Positions 42,258 to 51,199 of a DNA stretch of 64,000 nt are shown one piece after another. Positions within the stretch are counted from its first letter, which is position 1; the number at the start of each line of letters is the position of its first letter. The stretch is from Acidimicrobiales bacterium. GTDB taxonomy: Bacteria; Actinomycetota; Acidimicrobiia; Acidimicrobiales; Aldehydirespiratoraceae. The stretch lies in the NCBI GenBank assembly GCA_963422655.1, contig OY730440.1, positions 2,930,909-2,994,908 on the forward strand. The letters are read 5' to 3'. Both the position numbers and the translations under genes were made by a program. Below the pieces are notes generated by a model. It had not been told where the DNA came from. It did not search any database and was given only the letters and a program-made list of their open reading frames with translations.

Positions 42258-43205
42258 ATGGCCGTCCACACCAGCCCGCTCGATCTCGTCGGCAACACCC
42301 CGGCCGTCGACGTCACCGAGTTGAGCCCCAACCCCGCCGTTCGCTTGGTGGCCAAGCTGGAGAGCGCCAACCCGACCGGGTCGGTGAAGGACCGGATAGC
42401 CAAGGCCATGCTGGAGGAAGCCGAAGCCGACGGAACCTTGGTCGAGGGCCGGAGAATCCTCGAGCCGTCATCGGGCAACACCGGGATAGCGCTGGCCCTA
42501 ATGGCCAAGATGAAGGGTTACCCGATCACGATCGTGATGCCGGAGAACGTGTCGGCCGAGCGCCGCCAGATGCTGGAGGTGTTCGGAGCCGACATCATCT
42601 TCACGCCTGGTGCCGAAGGCTCGAACGGGTCGGTGCGCCGAGCCCGCGAGCTCGCTCTCGAGCACCCCGACTGGGCGTTTCTCGACCAGTACGCCAACGA
42701 TGTGAACCCTCAGATCCATTACGAAACCACCGGTCCCGAAATCTGGCACGACGTCGGCGACGTGACCCATTTTGTGGCCGGCCTGGGTACCAGCGGCACG
42801 CTCATGGGGGTCGGGACCTATCTCAAGGAACAGCGCCCCGACATCGAGGTGCTGGCTATCGAGTCCCCCAGCGGTGAGATGGTCGACGGCCTCCGCAACC
42901 TCGACGACGGTTTCATTCCTCCCATCTACGACAAGTGGGGCGGCGTCGAGTTGCTCGACGGCAAGCGCATCGTTCGAGTCGAGGAGTCGATCGAACAGAC
43001 CCGCCGGCTGGCGTCGGTCGGCATTTTCGCAGGATTGTCGGCGGGGGCGGCCTTGGCCGGGGCCGTGCGGGTGGCCACTAGGGTCGACAAGGCAACTGTG
43101 GTGTTCTTGGTGGCCGACGGCGGCTGGAAGTACCTGTCCAGCCGAGCTTGGACCGGCAACCTTGCCGAGGTGGCAGCTCGCACGGCCGAGACGATCTATT
43201 TCTGA
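42258..43205 (+). CDS. cysteine synthase (PLP-dependent, CysK/CysM family)
   Basis: LESANPTGSVKDR (PLP-Lys), SSGNTGIALA, GLGTSGTLMG. Confidence 0.9.
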   Translation: MAVHTSPLDLVGNTPAVDVTELSPNPAVRLVAKLESANPTGSVKDRIAKAMLEEAEADGTLVEGRRILEPSSGNTGIALALMAKMKGYPITIVMPENVSAERRQMLEVFGADIIFTPGAEGSNGSVRRARELALEHPDWAFLDQYANDVNPQIHYETTGPEIWHDVGDVTHFVAGLGTSGTLMGVGTYLKEQRPDIEVLAIESPSGEMVDGLRNLDDGFIPPIYDKWGGVELLDGKRIVRVEESIEQTRRLASVGIFAGLSAGAALAGAVRVATRVDKATVVFLVADGGWKYLSSRAWTGNLAEVAARTAETIYF

Positions 43206-43338
43206 CCCTACTTCTGGCTCGTTGCGGGCTGGTGGGGCCGAGACCGGACGCTGATAGGGTGGCCTGCCGGTGCGGGAACCGGAAGCGATTTCGGTGCCGC
43301 TTGCACCGGCGGGTCCACCAGGTTCATCGGAGTTCCAG

Positions 43339-43575
43339 ATGTCGAAGATCTGCCAGGTCACGGGCAAGAAGCCGCATTTCGGCAAGCAGGTTTCGCACTC
43401 TCACCGGCGCAGCAGCCGACGTTGGAACCCCAACATCCAAACCAAACGCTTCTACCTACCCAGCGAGAAGCGCTGGATCAAGCTCACACTGAGCACCAAA
43501 GCCATCAAGACCATCGACAAGCGCGGTATCGAAAGCGTGGTGGCCGAGATGCGCCGCAAGGGTTCAAAGGTCTGA
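43339..43575 (+). CDS. rpmB: 50S ribosomal protein L28
   Basis: [34 protein letters not shown] is canonical L28. Confidence 0.9.
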   Translation: MSKICQVTGKKPHFGKQVSHSHRRSSRRWNPNIQTKRFYLPSEKRWIKLTLSTKAIKTIDKRGIESVVAEMRRKGSKV

Positions 43576-43608
43576 TGGACGGCGAAGAAGAAGGAGAGGC
43601 AGACTGCG

Positions 43609-43770
43609 ATGGCCAGTGACAAACGCCCCGTCATCAAGCTGAGGTCCACGGCTGGCACCGGCTATACCTACGTGACCACCAAGAACAAGACCAACACCCG
43701 CGAGCGGATCGAGATCAAGAAGTACGATCCGGTCATCCGCAAGCACGTCGTGTTCAAAGAGGAACGCTGA
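43609..43770 (+). CDS. rpmG: 50S ribosomal protein L33 (53 aa; below the ORF-track cutoff)
   Basis: Hand translation: [64 protein letters not shown] at ~43590. Confidence 0.85.
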   Translation: MASDKRPVIKLRSTAGTGYTYVTTKNKTNTRERIEIKKYDPVIRKHVVFKEER

Positions 43771-43850
43771 CCATTCTGTTGCCGATAGCTCAGGGCGAGG
43801 TAGAGCTTCAGGTCAAAGGTTGGAGTCCGAATCTTGATGGCAACTGAGTC

Positions 43851-44603
43851 GTGGTGGCAACTGATCTGTCAGTGACGGTGCTGGGATGCAGCGGTTCCTA
43901 CGCGGCCCCCGGCAACCCCTGCACCAGCTACCTGATGCGAAGCTCGGGCGCCACCGTGCTGCTCGACTGCGGCCCGGGTTCGCTGGGACCGTTGCAGACC
44001 GAGATAAACTTCGACCAACTCAGTGCCATAGTGCTGACTCATTGCCATCCCGATCATTGGTTGGAACTTCCGGTGATTCGCAATGTCTTCACTTGGTTCC
44101 ATCCCCGTTCGGGGGTGCCCGTGTACGGGACGGCCGAGACCCGGGCCATGGACCGGGCCATCACGGTTCGGGCCCGAGACCGCCACGACCCGCTGGCCTG
44201 GGCCACTATCGACGCCTCCTCCGAGGTGACCGTCGGTGACCAGAGTTGGAGATTCGCCCTCACCGACCATCCAGTGGAGACGCTGGCGGTGAGAGTCGAC
44301 GCCGGAGGCCGATCCTTCGCCTTCAGTTCTGATACCGGCCCCGGCTGGGACTTTCGGGCACTGGGTGCCGACATCGACGTGGCCATGTGCGACGCCAGCC
44401 ATCCTCGCCAGCTCGAGGGCCGGGGCATCCCTCACATGAGTGCCCGCCAAGCCGCGGCAGCCGCCGGCATAGCCGGGATCGACCGGCTGGTTCTCACCCA
44501 TGTGGCGCCTGGCGTCGACCCCGAAAGCCAGCAGGCGGAGGCTCAAGCCGCCTACGGTGGCACAGTGGAGGTGGCCCGACCCGGGTTCACTTTCGCGGTC
44601 TGA
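43851..44603 (+). CDS. MBL-fold metallo-hydrolase
   Basis: The LTHCHPDH (HxHxDH) motif. 250 aa. It lies directly upstream of rph, as in many actinobacteria. Confidence 0.8.
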   Translation: MVATDLSVTVLGCSGSYAAPGNPCTSYLMRSSGATVLLDCGPGSLGPLQTEINFDQLSAIVLTHCHPDHWLELPVIRNVFTWFHPRSGVPVYGTAETRAMDRAITVRARDRHDPLAWATIDASSEVTVGDQSWRFALTDHPVETLAVRVDAGGRSFAFSSDTGPGWDFRALGADIDVAMCDASHPRQLEGRGIPHMSARQAAAAAGIAGIDRLVLTHVAPGVDPESQQAEAQAAYGGTVEVARPGFTFAV

Positions 44604-44638
44604 GGGCCGGTGAAGTGCATGATCATTCGGAGGGCGCC

Positions 44639-45370
44639 ATGACTATTCGCGACGACGGCCGCCGATCCGACGAACTGCGTCCGTTGGAGTTGCGGCGGGA
44701 TTTTACGAAGATGTCGGCCGGGGCGGCCCTGGCCGTGTTCGGGCAGACCCAGGTACTGTGCACGGCTTCGGTGGACGAGCGCATCCCTCGTTGGCTCCGG
44801 GACAGGGGCGGGGGTTGGCTCACGGCCGAGTACTCGATGCTGCCGGGTTCTTCGTCGGAACGGATCCGGCGTGGTCCCAGCGGTCGCAGCCAGGAGATCC
44901 AGCGTCTCATCGGCCGATCACTGCGGGCCGTCGTCGATCTGGAAGTCCTGGGGCCGCGCCGCGTCATCGTGGATTGCGACGTGCTGCAAGCCGACGGCGG
45001 TACCCGCACCGCCGCTATATGCGGCGGTTACGTGGCTCTGCACGATGCCGTTACCCGGCTGATCCAGTCCGGCAAGCTCGACACGAACCCCATCTTCGAC
45101 GAGTGCGCAGCGGTCAGCGTCGGCATCGTCGACGGCACGGCTCTGCTGGATCTGCCCTACCCCGAAGACGCCAGGGCTGAAGTAGACCTGAACGTGGTAA
45201 TGACCGGGACGGGTCGTTTCGTGGAGGTGCAGGGGACCGCGGAAGGCAAGGCCTTCGAACGAGCTCAACTCGACGAGCTGATCGACCTGGCCACCGAGGG
45301 GATCGGTGAGGTAGTCCGAGCCCAGCGGGCGGTGCTGGCCCACCCACCGGAGCCCAGGGTCGAGCAGTGA
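44639..45370 (+). CDS. rph: ribonuclease PH
   Basis: RSDELRPLE..., [37 protein letters not shown] before the ATG at 44639. Confidence 0.9.
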   Translation: MTIRDDGRRSDELRPLELRRDFTKMSAGAALAVFGQTQVLCTASVDERIPRWLRDRGGGWLTAEYSMLPGSSSERIRRGPSGRSQEIQRLIGRSLRAVVDLEVLGPRRVIVDCDVLQADGGTRTAAICGGYVALHDAVTRLIQSGKLDTNPIFDECAAVSVGIVDGTALLDLPYPEDARAEVDLNVVMTGTGRFVEVQGTAEGKAFERAQLDELIDLATEGIGEVVRAQRAVLAHPPEPRVEQ

Positions 45371-45371
45371 C

Positions 45372-45950
45372 ATGATCAGGTTGGTCTGTGCCAGCGCCAA
45401 CCCCGACAAGGTGACCGAGATGGCGGCCCTGCTGGCCGGGGTGGCCGAACTGCTGCCTCGGCCAGCGCAACTGGGAGAAGTGGTCGAAGACGCCGGTGAC
45501 CTGGAGGGCAACGCCCGGTTGAAAGCCGTTGCGGTGAGCCGGTGGGCCGGCGCTGCCGCCGTGGCCGACGACACCGGCCTGGAAGTGGAAGCGCTGGGCG
45601 GCGGACCCGGTGTGCGCACAGCTCGCTATGCCGGTGCGGGCGCCACTTACGCCGACAACGTATGCCGGCTCCTGGCCGATCTGAACGGGGTGTCGGCACC
45701 GCAACGGCGGGCCCGGTTCCGCACCGTGGTCGTGGTGTGCTGGCCCGAGGGCCCAGAGCTGGTCGCCTCTGGCGAGGTGGAAGGCCTGATCGCCACTGAG
45801 CCCCGGGGGAGTGGGGGATTCGGCTACGACTCGGTTTTCGTTCCCGTCGAGGGTGATGGCCGGACTTTCGCTCAGATGAACGGGAACGACAAGCACACCC
45901 TGAGTCACCGGGGCCGAGCCTTTCGGGATCTGGTCCGAGCCCTGTCGTAG
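45372..45950 (+). CDS. rdgB: non-canonical purine NTP pyrophosphatase (RdgB/HAM1)
   Basis: ASANPDK..E, ADDTGLEV.ALGG.PG, GFGYD.VF, SHRG.A. Confidence 0.9.
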   Translation: MIRLVCASANPDKVTEMAALLAGVAELLPRPAQLGEVVEDAGDLEGNARLKAVAVSRWAGAAAVADDTGLEVEALGGGPGVRTARYAGAGATYADNVCRLLADLNGVSAPQRRARFRTVVVVCWPEGPELVASGEVEGLIATEPRGSGGFGYDSVFVPVEGDGRTFAQMNGNDKHTLSHRGRAFRDLVRALS

Positions 45951-46027
45951 GCCGGGGTTTGGCGAATGGGTGCAGCGCCCATCGGGGCCGCGGACCTGCA
46001 CCGGGCTCGGGTTGGCGCCGGATCGGG

Positions 46028-46112
46028 TGCGGACGGGGGGAATCGAACCCCCACACCCTTGCGGGTACTGGGACCTAAACCCAGCGCGTCTGCCTGATTC
46101 CGCCACGTCCGC
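46028..46112 (-). tRNA. tRNA-Leu (anticodon TAG)
   Basis: Reverse complement: GCGGACG-TG-GCGG..long variable arm..GGGGG-TTCGATT-CCCCC-CGTCCGC-A. The anticodon loop is TT-TAG-GT within the CTGGG/CCCAG stem. Confidence 0.9.
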
Positions 46113-46171
46113 GAGGTGGATCCAGGATACTGCTACCAGGATCGGAGCCGGCCCCGGTAGCCTGCACGACC

Positions 46172-46765
46172 ATGACCACTCGGCCTCGCTCGGACTCGCT
46201 GGCTCCGGGACCCAACCCCCAAACCGAAGTGTTCAACCGGTTGCTCCAAGATCGCATCGTGGTGCTGGGTTCCGACGTCGATGACGAGCTCGCCAATTTC
46301 ATCATGGCCCAACTGCTCTACCTGGAGGGGCAGGATGTCACCAGGCCGATCTGGCTCTACATCAACAGCCCGGGCGGATCGGTGACCTCGGGTATGGCCA
46401 TATACGACACCATGCAGTTCGTGCAGCCCGAGGTGGGCACGATCTGTTTGGGGCTGGGAGCGTCGATGGGGCAGTTCCTGCTGTGTGCCGGCGCACCGGG
46501 CAAGCGCTACGCCCTGCCCCACGCTCGAATCATGATGCACCAGCCCTTGGGCGGCGTTCGGGGTCAGGCTACCGATATCGCCATCCAGGCCGAGCAGATG
46601 GCTTACACCAAGCGGCTGTTGCAGGAACGTATCGCCGATCACACCGGTCAGACCGTGGAGCAGATCGAGGCCGACTCCGACCGGGATCGCTGGTTCACTG
46701 CCACCGAGGCCAAGGACTACGGCATCATCGACCACGTGATCGTCAAGCGCGGGGAGATGCGCTGA
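46172..46765 (+). CDS. clpP: ATP-dependent Clp protease proteolytic subunit
   Basis: [24 protein letters not shown] (Ser), MMHQPLGG (His). Confidence 0.95.
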   Translation: MTTRPRSDSLAPGPNPQTEVFNRLLQDRIVVLGSDVDDELANFIMAQLLYLEGQDVTRPIWLYINSPGGSVTSGMAIYDTMQFVQPEVGTICLGLGASMGQFLLCAGAPGKRYALPHARIMMHQPLGGVRGQATDIAIQAEQMAYTKRLLQERIADHTGQTVEQIEADSDRDRWFTATEAKDYGIIDHVIVKRGEMR

Positions 46766-47426
46766 GGGCGCTCGACCGCAGGGCTCTGATAGCAGGCTCG
46801 ATCCCCTCGGGGTGGGCGAAGACGGCTGAGCCGGCCACCAGCACGTTGGCCCCGGCCGCCACCGCCCGGCCCGCGGTGCGGGCGTCGATTCCGCCGTCCA
46901 CCTCCAAGTCGATGTCGCGGCCCGACTCGCAGATCATTCGTCGGATCGTGGCCATCTTGGACTCAGTGGCGGCGATATAGCGCTGGCCGCCGAAGCCGGG
47001 GTTGACCGTCATCACCAGCACCTCGTCGATTAGCTCGATGACTTCCGAGATGGCGCTGGCCGGTGTGTGAGGATTGAGCACCACCCCGGGTCGGGCCCCC
47101 AGGTCACCGATGGCGCTCAGCGAGCGGTGCAGATGGGGGCAGGCCTCGACTTGGACGAGCACGGTGCCGCAACCGGCGTCCACATAACGAGGGGCCAACC
47201 GGTCGGGATCGACCACCATGAGATGGGCTTCGAAGGGGATGTCCACATGGGGCCGGCAGGCCGCCACCACGTCGGGTCCGTAGGTGAGGTTGGGTACGAA
47301 CACCCCGTCCATCACGTCCCAATGGATCCGGTCGGCTCCGGCCGCTTCGACAGCCCGGCACTCCTGGCCGAGACGGGAGGCGTCAGCGGCCATCACCGAC
47401 GGGGCGATCTCGACCGAATCGGCCAT
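46743..47426 (-). CDS. rpe: ribulose-phosphate 3-epimerase
   Basis: APSVMAAD..., [26 protein letters not shown]. Confidence 0.9.
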   Translation of the reverse strand: MADSVEIAPSVMAADASRLGQECRAVEAAGADRIHWDVMDGVFVPNLTYGPDVVAACRPHVDIPFEAHLMVVDPDRLAPRYVDAGCGTVLVQVEACPHLHRSLSAIGDLGARPGVVLNPHTPASAISEVIELIDEVLVMTVNPGFGGQRYIAATESKMATIRRMICESGRDIDLEVDGGIDARTAGRAVAAGANVLVAGSAVFAHPEGIEPAIRALRSSALSASPRA

Positions 47427-47585
47427 GGATGCACCCTAACGGGGTTCGAGTGGTGGAGTAGAACGGTCCCCGCCGATGGTGAGTCGAGGCGATGTTCGGA
47501 CCTCGAACTTGCCGAATGGAGCCGGTAGTCTCCGGAGGTGTTCCACAAGACGTGAACGAACCCAGCGACCGGCGAGGTAATCGAC

Positions 47586-48137
47586 GTGAAAAGCCACCCG
47601 TGCAGCGACCCGGCTGAGGTTCGGGGCGAGAATGCTTCGTCCCACCGCTGGCTCATGGCGCCCGGCCCGCTGGGCGCTTCCTTCGTGGCCCACATCGACG
47701 GTCGAGTATCGGGGCTGGCGCTGGCCGAGTGCGTCAACGGCATCGGGTTCGCGGCCTGGATGCGACAGGAAGTGGGAGTGGAGGCGGTTCCCGACCCCGA
47801 TCCGGACCCTGTCTGGGTGGCTCGGATAGGGACCGCCCTCGCCCGAGGCCGTACCGACGTTCCCGTCGACTTGAGATCGTGCTCGACCTTCCAGCAAGAA
47901 GTGCTGGAGGCGGTCATCGCCATCCCCCGGGGGGAGGTTCGCACCTACGGACAGGTGGCCGCGGCCATCGGCCGGCCCAAAGCCTACCGAGCCGTAGGCA
48001 CGGCTCTGGCTCGCAACCCCATCCCGCTGCTGGTGCCTTGCCACCGGGTCGTACCGGCCGCAGGGGGCGTGGGCCAGTACGGTCTCGGCTCCCACCGCAA
48101 GGAGGCCCTCTTGCACCGGGAGGGTGCGGCGGTGTGA
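47586..48137 (+). CDS. ogt: methylated-DNA-protein-cysteine methyltransferase
   Basis: The C-terminal IPRGEVRTYGQVA...NPIPLLVPCHRVV motif (PCHRV active site). The start is uncertain. Confidence 0.8.
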   Translation: MKSHPCSDPAEVRGENASSHRWLMAPGPLGASFVAHIDGRVSGLALAECVNGIGFAAWMRQEVGVEAVPDPDPDPVWVARIGTALARGRTDVPVDLRSCSTFQQEVLEAVIAIPRGEVRTYGQVAAAIGRPKAYRAVGTALARNPIPLLVPCHRVVPAAGGVGQYGLGSHRKEALLHREGAAV

Positions 48138-48158
48138 ACTGGCCGGGAAGGCCGTCAG

Positions 48159-48779
48159 CTAGTTGGCCGAACTGGTAGGGGCCAAGTGGCTCTCCAGCTT
48201 TTCGAGGATCACCTCGTAGGGTTCACCGAATTTCACCACCAGATCAGCCTCGTCCAGATGGGGCTGCACGAAGATGTCGTGCATGGGCCGTACCGTGGCT
48301 GCGAACTGGTGGCGCACATCGTCGGGTTCCCGGCCTCGCTCGGCCACGTCCCGCCGGATCCGGCGCTGGAGCCGAACCGGCTCGGGTACGTCGAGAAACA
48401 CCGTCAGTCCGAGCCGGGACACTACTTCGGGAAAGGCGAACAACAAGATACCCTCCACGACGACGAGCGGCGCGGCTGCCACCGATTCGGCGTGCCCGTT
48501 GAGGGTGTGGGTGGCGAAGTCGTAAACCGGGAGTTCGATGCCGATCCCGGCCCGCAGGCTATCGAGATGGCCGATGAAGAGCTTGTGGTCCAAGGCATCG
48601 GGATGGTCGTAGTTACGGAGCGAGCGTTCGTTCGGGGTGACGTGGGAGAGGTCCCGGTAGTAGGCGTCGAAGTTGAGCACGCTCACGCTGCGTTCCCCGA
48701 GCCGGGCCCTCAACCGTCGGGTCAGGGTGGTCTTGCCCGACCCCGATCCGCCGCATATACCCCACACCGGTACGCTCAC
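48159..48779 (-). CDS. udk: uridine kinase
   Basis: GICGGSGSGKTTL P-loop, FDAYY, NYDHPDALD, VVVEGIL. Confidence 0.9.
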   Translation of the reverse strand: MSVPVWGICGGSGSGKTTLTRRLRARLGERSVSVLNFDAYYRDLSHVTPNERSLRNYDHPDALDHKLFIGHLDSLRAGIGIELPVYDFATHTLNGHAESVAAAPLVVVEGILLFAFPEVVSRLGLTVFLDVPEPVRLQRRIRRDVAERGREPDDVRHQFAATVRPMHDIFVQPHLDEADLVVKFGEPYEVILEKLESHLAPTSSAN

Positions 48780-48836
48780 GAGATTTCACCATACAGGTCC
48801 CGGCACCCCTCAGTGAGGCTCGGCTCCGAGACGGCC

Positions 48837-49244
48837 TCAGGCTTCGAGCCGGGTCCGGGCCTCGGCGGAACGCTGGAGCAGGTAGGCCGGAACGGCCACG
48901 CCGTTGACCACGGTTTCGCCGCTGCCGCCTCCCGTGGCCACCTCCGCGACCGGACCGATCCCCGCGGTTGCTCCCGCTTCGACCGCAGCGGCCGCCTGCT
49001 CGGCCTCCCGGTCGCGGGCGGCCAAGAAGCTGTCGTAGTGACGGGCTCGCACCAGATGGCCGTGGTCGATGTGGCCCACCACTTTGCCGTTGTCGAAGCG
49101 AATCCAGTAGCGGTTCCAGGTGAAGCCGTTGGCGACGGCCACCTTGCCTCCAGTGCCGGCCGGCAGGCCGGAGATGCCGGCCACCAGCTTCACCTTCTCA
49201 CCTCGCACCAAGGTCCGAGCTTGCAGCTCGGCAGTGGTCATCAT
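48837..49244 (-). CDS. hypothetical protein
   Basis: 135-aa ORF with backbone-like codon usage. No motif recognised. Its start lies inside the 14-bp repeat array. Confidence 0.4.
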   Translation of the reverse strand: MMTTAELQARTLVRGEKVKLVAGISGLPAGTGGKVAVANGFTWNRYWIRFDNGKVVGHIDHGHLVRARHYDSFLAARDREAEQAAAAVEAGATAGIGPVAEVATGGGSGETVVNGVAVPAYLLQRSAEARTRLEA

Positions 49245-49294
49245 ATGGGCGCCATCATATGGGCGACATCATATGAACGCCATCATATGAATGT
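49239..49294. repeat. 14-bp tandem array x4 (catcatatgRRcgN) filling a divergent intergenic region
   Basis: catcatatg occurs at 49239, 49253, 49267 and 49281. The array contains the ATGATG start of the minus-strand gene (49244) and ends at the ATG (49291) of the plus-strand amidohydrolase. Confidence 0.9.
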
Positions 49295-50523
49295 ACGGTG
49301 AACCGGTGACATCCGACGCGGTGACATCTGACACGGCGACGGTCGGAGAGCTCGGCTATCTCCCCTTCGATGCCGACAATCACTATTACGAGGCGCCCGA
49401 TGCCTTCACCCGCCATGTCGATGAGAAGATGCAGCCCCGAGTGGTCCAGTGGGTAGACATGGGCGGGCGCAAACACCATCTGGTCGGCGGAAAACTGGCC
49501 CGGGCCGTGACCAACCCCACCTGGAACCCGATCGCCAAGCCGGGGGCGCTGCGTGACTATTTCAGGGGCAATCCCGAGGGTGGCAATCCCCTGGAGATGC
49601 TCACCGATCGTGAACCTTTGCCCGACTGCTACGTGAACCGGGCAGCCCGGATCGAAACCATGGACTCCCAGGGCCTTCATGCGGTGTGGCTGTTCCCCAC
49701 CCTGGGAGTTCTGTACGAGGAACTGCTCAAACACGATGTCGACGCGGTAGTAGCCATGATGATGGGTTTCAACCGGTGGCTTCACGACGACTGGGGGTAC
49801 GACTATCGGGGTCGCATCTTTGCGGCTCCCTACATCGCTCTCGGAGATGCGGGCTCAGCCGGCGCCGAGATCGATCGGGTGCTCGACCTGGGGGCTCGAG
49901 TGCTGGTGATGCGACCGGCCGCGGTCGTCACCAGAACCGGGGTCCGTTCGCCTTTCGACCCGATGTTCGACCCGGTCTGGCAGCGGATCCACGACGCCGG
50001 TGTCACGGTGGTGATCCACGCCTCGGACTCGGGCTATTCGTCGCAGGGATATGCCGACGACCGGTTCACGACCGGTCTCGACGCCGGGTTCGGGCCCAGC
50101 CTGCGGGCCTTCGCCATAGAGAGAGCTGCCCAGGACTGGCTGATCCAGTCGGTCTTCGAGAAGATCTACGACCGGTTCCCCAATCTGCGGGTGGCCTCGG
50201 TGGAGAACGGATCCGACTTCTTGGCGCCGACGTTCCGTAAGCTCGACCAGACAGCCCGAAAGAACTACTGGTGGTTCGATGATCATCCCGTCGATACTTT
50301 CAAGGAACACGTCTGGGTCAACCCGTTCTGGGAGGACGACGTGGTGGAGGTGGTCGAGCTGATGGGTGCCGATCACGTGGTGTTCGGCTCGGACTGGCCC
50401 CACATCGAGGGTATGCCCGCTCCTCTCGACTATCTGGTCGAGCTGGAGAGTTTCTCCGGCACCGACCGGCGCAAGATCATGCTCGACAACGTCACTTTTC
50501 TCAACACCCTGCAACCGGCATGA
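49291..50523 (+). CDS. amidohydrolase-2 (TIM-barrel metal-dependent hydrolase) family protein
   Basis: FDADNHYYE at the N-terminus, ...VFGSDWPHIEG at the C-terminus. This is the Amidohydro_2 pattern. Confidence 0.75.
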   Translation: MYGEPVTSDAVTSDTATVGELGYLPFDADNHYYEAPDAFTRHVDEKMQPRVVQWVDMGGRKHHLVGGKLARAVTNPTWNPIAKPGALRDYFRGNPEGGNPLEMLTDREPLPDCYVNRAARIETMDSQGLHAVWLFPTLGVLYEELLKHDVDAVVAMMMGFNRWLHDDWGYDYRGRIFAAPYIALGDAGSAGAEIDRVLDLGARVLVMRPAAVVTRTGVRSPFDPMFDPVWQRIHDAGVTVVIHASDSGYSSQGYADDRFTTGLDAGFGPSLRAFAIERAAQDWLIQSVFEKIYDRFPNLRVASVENGSDFLAPTFRKLDQTARKNYWWFDDHPVDTFKEHVWVNPFWEDDVVEVVELMGADHVVFGSDWPHIEGMPAPLDYLVELESFSGTDRRKIMLDNVTFLNTLQPA

Positions 50524-50984
50524 CCGTTCGGGTGGAGGCCATCCACATCGCGGCGCTCGAAGGGTTGCCGACCGAGCCGGTGGACCGGGTCGATGCCGAG
50601 GCCGGCAAGGGTCTGGTGGGGGATCGTTACCACGGATCTTCGAGTCGCCAGGTCACCGTCCAGGCTTCCGGTGAGTTGGCCGACGCGGCCGAGGCAGCCG
50701 GTCGAGATATCGATCCCGGCCGTACCCGTCGAAACGTCACCATCTCCGGGGACGCCGTTCCCCGTCGTCCCGGGCATCGCTGGCGGATCGGATCCGTGGA
50801 GTTGGCAGTGGTGCGGAACGCGGCGCCATGTCGGCGCATGGACGAGATCTTCGGCCTCGGCAGCCGGGCTGCACTGCGCAACCGGGCCGGGGTGGCCTGT
50901 CGGGTTCTCAGTGATGGGGTCATAACGGTGGGTGACACGGTCGATCTGGGGCCGGTCGAAGACCGTGATCCCGAACCGCTCTGA
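50520..50984 (+). CDS. MOSC-domain protein
   Basis: ~154 aa. GLVGDRY...RQVT...R.N... and ...C.RM.. (conserved Cys). 4-nt overlap with the upstream gene. Confidence 0.7.
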   Translation: MTVRVEAIHIAALEGLPTEPVDRVDAEAGKGLVGDRYHGSSSRQVTVQASGELADAAEAAGRDIDPGRTRRNVTISGDAVPRRPGHRWRIGSVELAVVRNAAPCRRMDEIFGLGSRAALRNRAGVACRVLSDGVITVGDTVDLGPVEDRDPEPL

Positions 50985-51047
50985 CCCGCATCCGGTTTTC
51001 TCGGTCGCTTCGGCGGGCGCTGGCCCCCCCCACTACAGTTGACAAAG

Positions 51048-51076
51048 TTGACAATTTTATAAATTGATCGTACAGT
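51048..51076 (+). promoter_or_regulatory. sigma-70-like promoter candidate for sialidase 2 (TTGACA-N17-TACAGT), preceded by a second TTGACA
   Basis: agTTGACAaagTTGACAa at 51037-51054. TACAGT at 51071-51076. Located at the very edge of the AT-rich islet, right after a C8 run (51024-51031). Confidence 0.3.
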
Positions 51077-51199
51077 TCGCCAGTGGTCTACGTGGTAACA
51101 GTGAATAGGTTGGTAATCTCCGAACAATTTAGAGATACTTCTGTGAGCACTGATATCTTAAGGCGCATATAAGTATTAACCTATGAAATCGGAGTCTTG

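Noticed and set aside
39193-43205. mec-cysO-cysM sulfur-carrier cysteine biosynthesis cluster
   Set aside because: A JAMM/Mec+ gene and a CysM/CysK-type synthase are present. However, they are 2.6 kb apart, separated by a hydrolase and an MFS transporter. I found no ThiS/MoaD-like small ORF ending in Gly-Gly.
43778-43846. tRNA-like sequence after rpmG (TTGCCGA-TA-GCTC-AGGGCGAGGTA-GAGC...TCCGAAT...TGGCAA)
   Set aside because: A good D-arm and partial acceptor pairing are present. However, only ~15 nt lie between the D-arm and the putative T-arm, so there is no anticodon arm. The T-stem also pairs poorly. At best it is a tRNA fragment, not a functional gene.
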